A stretch of 64,000 nt of DNA from Paraphysomonas bandaiensis (taxonomy: Eukaryota; Protista; Chrysophyceae): positions 1-64,000 of the forward strand of contig CBFFRP010000346.1 of the NCBI GenBank assembly GCA_965644295.1, given 5' to 3'. The number at the start of each line of letters is the position of its first letter. Position 1 is the stretch's first letter. The notes beneath the pieces were generated by a model that was given only the letters and a program-made list of their open reading frames with translations, did no database searches and was not told where the DNA came from. The translations under genes and the position numbers were made by a program. Below are positions 62,819 through 64,000 of the stretch, piece by piece.

Positions 62819-62938
62819 CAGGGTTGCGTAACAATTAATTGCAATTAAATTGCAATTATTAGGTATAGCTCGCGCAATTATAATTGCTATTATTGCAATT
62901 AATTGCAATTTAATTGTGCCAATTATTGTCTTAGTTAA
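62819..62938 (+). mobile_element. Terminus of second hAT-like family, interrupted by a Copia LTR
   Basis: CAGGGTTGCGTAA start followed by CAATTAATTG repeats, ending at the LTR edge. Confidence 0.65.
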
Positions 62939-64000
62939 AATAAGATTTAAGGTTAGTCTTGATATTTAGTAAGAGTATACTTGATATTATTAGAGATAAA
63001 GATTGAACGATAAGGCCTAATAGTATAATAGCAAGACATGTTGGAGCAGAGCGTTAGCACCACACGTGTGCGTATCTTGTACAGTCGCGTATCATGTATA
63101 GTTTGGTAATTATTCAGTCTATTTGGTATTTCATTGTATACGTGTGTTGTATTCACGCGTTAAGAGATATACGTGAATCAATGATTCCTAATACTCCCCC
63201 TCAATGAATTAATCATATGATGTATACATAGATATATGAATATAGGTGTATATTTTTGGAGATAGTTCTACTGAGGGTAAAACTCACGAGTGTAATCACA
63301 GATTGTGGATTACACTGATGTCAACATACAGCATACTCGTGGGAAACTCCGTAGATCTCTAAGTCATCCATTGTGGTCTCTTGGTTGAGTTCTCTGCCGG
63401 TGGGATAGATACTTTTGTTCTTTTATTGCTAGCAGGTATGTTGATACCTCCCCCCCCCATTAGTGAATCCCGCAATCTGTGGAACGTGTTTGATGTGAGG
63501 GGTTTAGTTAGAATGTCGGCCAGCATCTCGTTTGTAGGCATGTAATCAACGATAATAGAGTGCGATGCGACTTGTTCTCTTATGAAGTGATATCTGATGG
63601 CGATATGTTTTGTTCGTCGGTGGTGTACGGGGTTTAGGCATATAGTTGAATTGCACCTTTGTTGTCACACCATATGGTTGTTGAGTATGGCATGTGGAAG
63701 CCCAATTCCGAGAGTAGTGACCGTAGCCAAATAGCTTATTGACATGCTGTTGATAGTGCCATGTACTCCGCTTCTGTAGAGGATAGAGCTACAGTGGTCT
63801 GGAGTCGTGATTGCCAGGAAATAAGACAATTTCCAATAATGAAGCAAAACGCTGTGGTCGACCTGCGAGTTAAGTTGCAGCGTGCCCAATCACTGTCAGC
63901 GAATCCAGTTAAGGTAACAGACTTCTCGGAGTACTGTAGACCTTGATCGATGGTGCCTTTGAGGTACCTAAGTATGTTTAGTGCGGCTTTTTTGTATGTA
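62939..64000 (-). mobile_element. 3' end of a second, degenerate Copia element (RT end/RNase H, PPT, ~255-bp 3' LTR at 62939-63193)
   Basis: Minus strand: YLKGT, FADSDWA, SSTEAEY, CDNKGA, RTKHIAIRYHFIRE, MLADILTKPL, with a stop and a frameshift. PPT ATTGAGGGGGAG is followed by TATTAGGA. The LTR outer boundary is inferred by analogy. Confidence 0.9.

Overview
Eukaryotic nuclear DNA from a gene-dense microbial eukaryote with short (about 45-75 nt) GT-AG introns. A stramenopile is plausible but this is inference only. Host genes: GT31/Fringe-type glycosyltransferase, sulfotransferase, MFSD14-like MFS transporter, S10 serine carboxypeptidase, NAD-dependent epimerase, beta-lactamase-fold serine hydrolase, DUF1295 protein, NSE4, CLC-6/7-type antiporter, kanadaptin-like FHA protein, WEE1, ROD/KNTC1, SMG7/EST1-like protein, and a guanylate kinase with an N-terminal RIIa-like docking domain. 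Mobile DNA is abundant. At the left end is a putative multi-gene DUF7869 (Sola-like DDD) transposon carrying a ~245-bp tandem array. Its spliced transposase ends in a Tudor-like segment and a CHZ-like (H2A.Z-H2B chaperone) motif, and the element appears nested in a hAT element. The window also holds an 819-bp non-autonomous hAT derivative, several MITEs and dispersed repeats, a full-length Copia with identical 265-bp LTRs and non-canonical TA...TT ends, and the 3' end of a second related Copia. Exon joins and family calls were made by eye; no searches were run.
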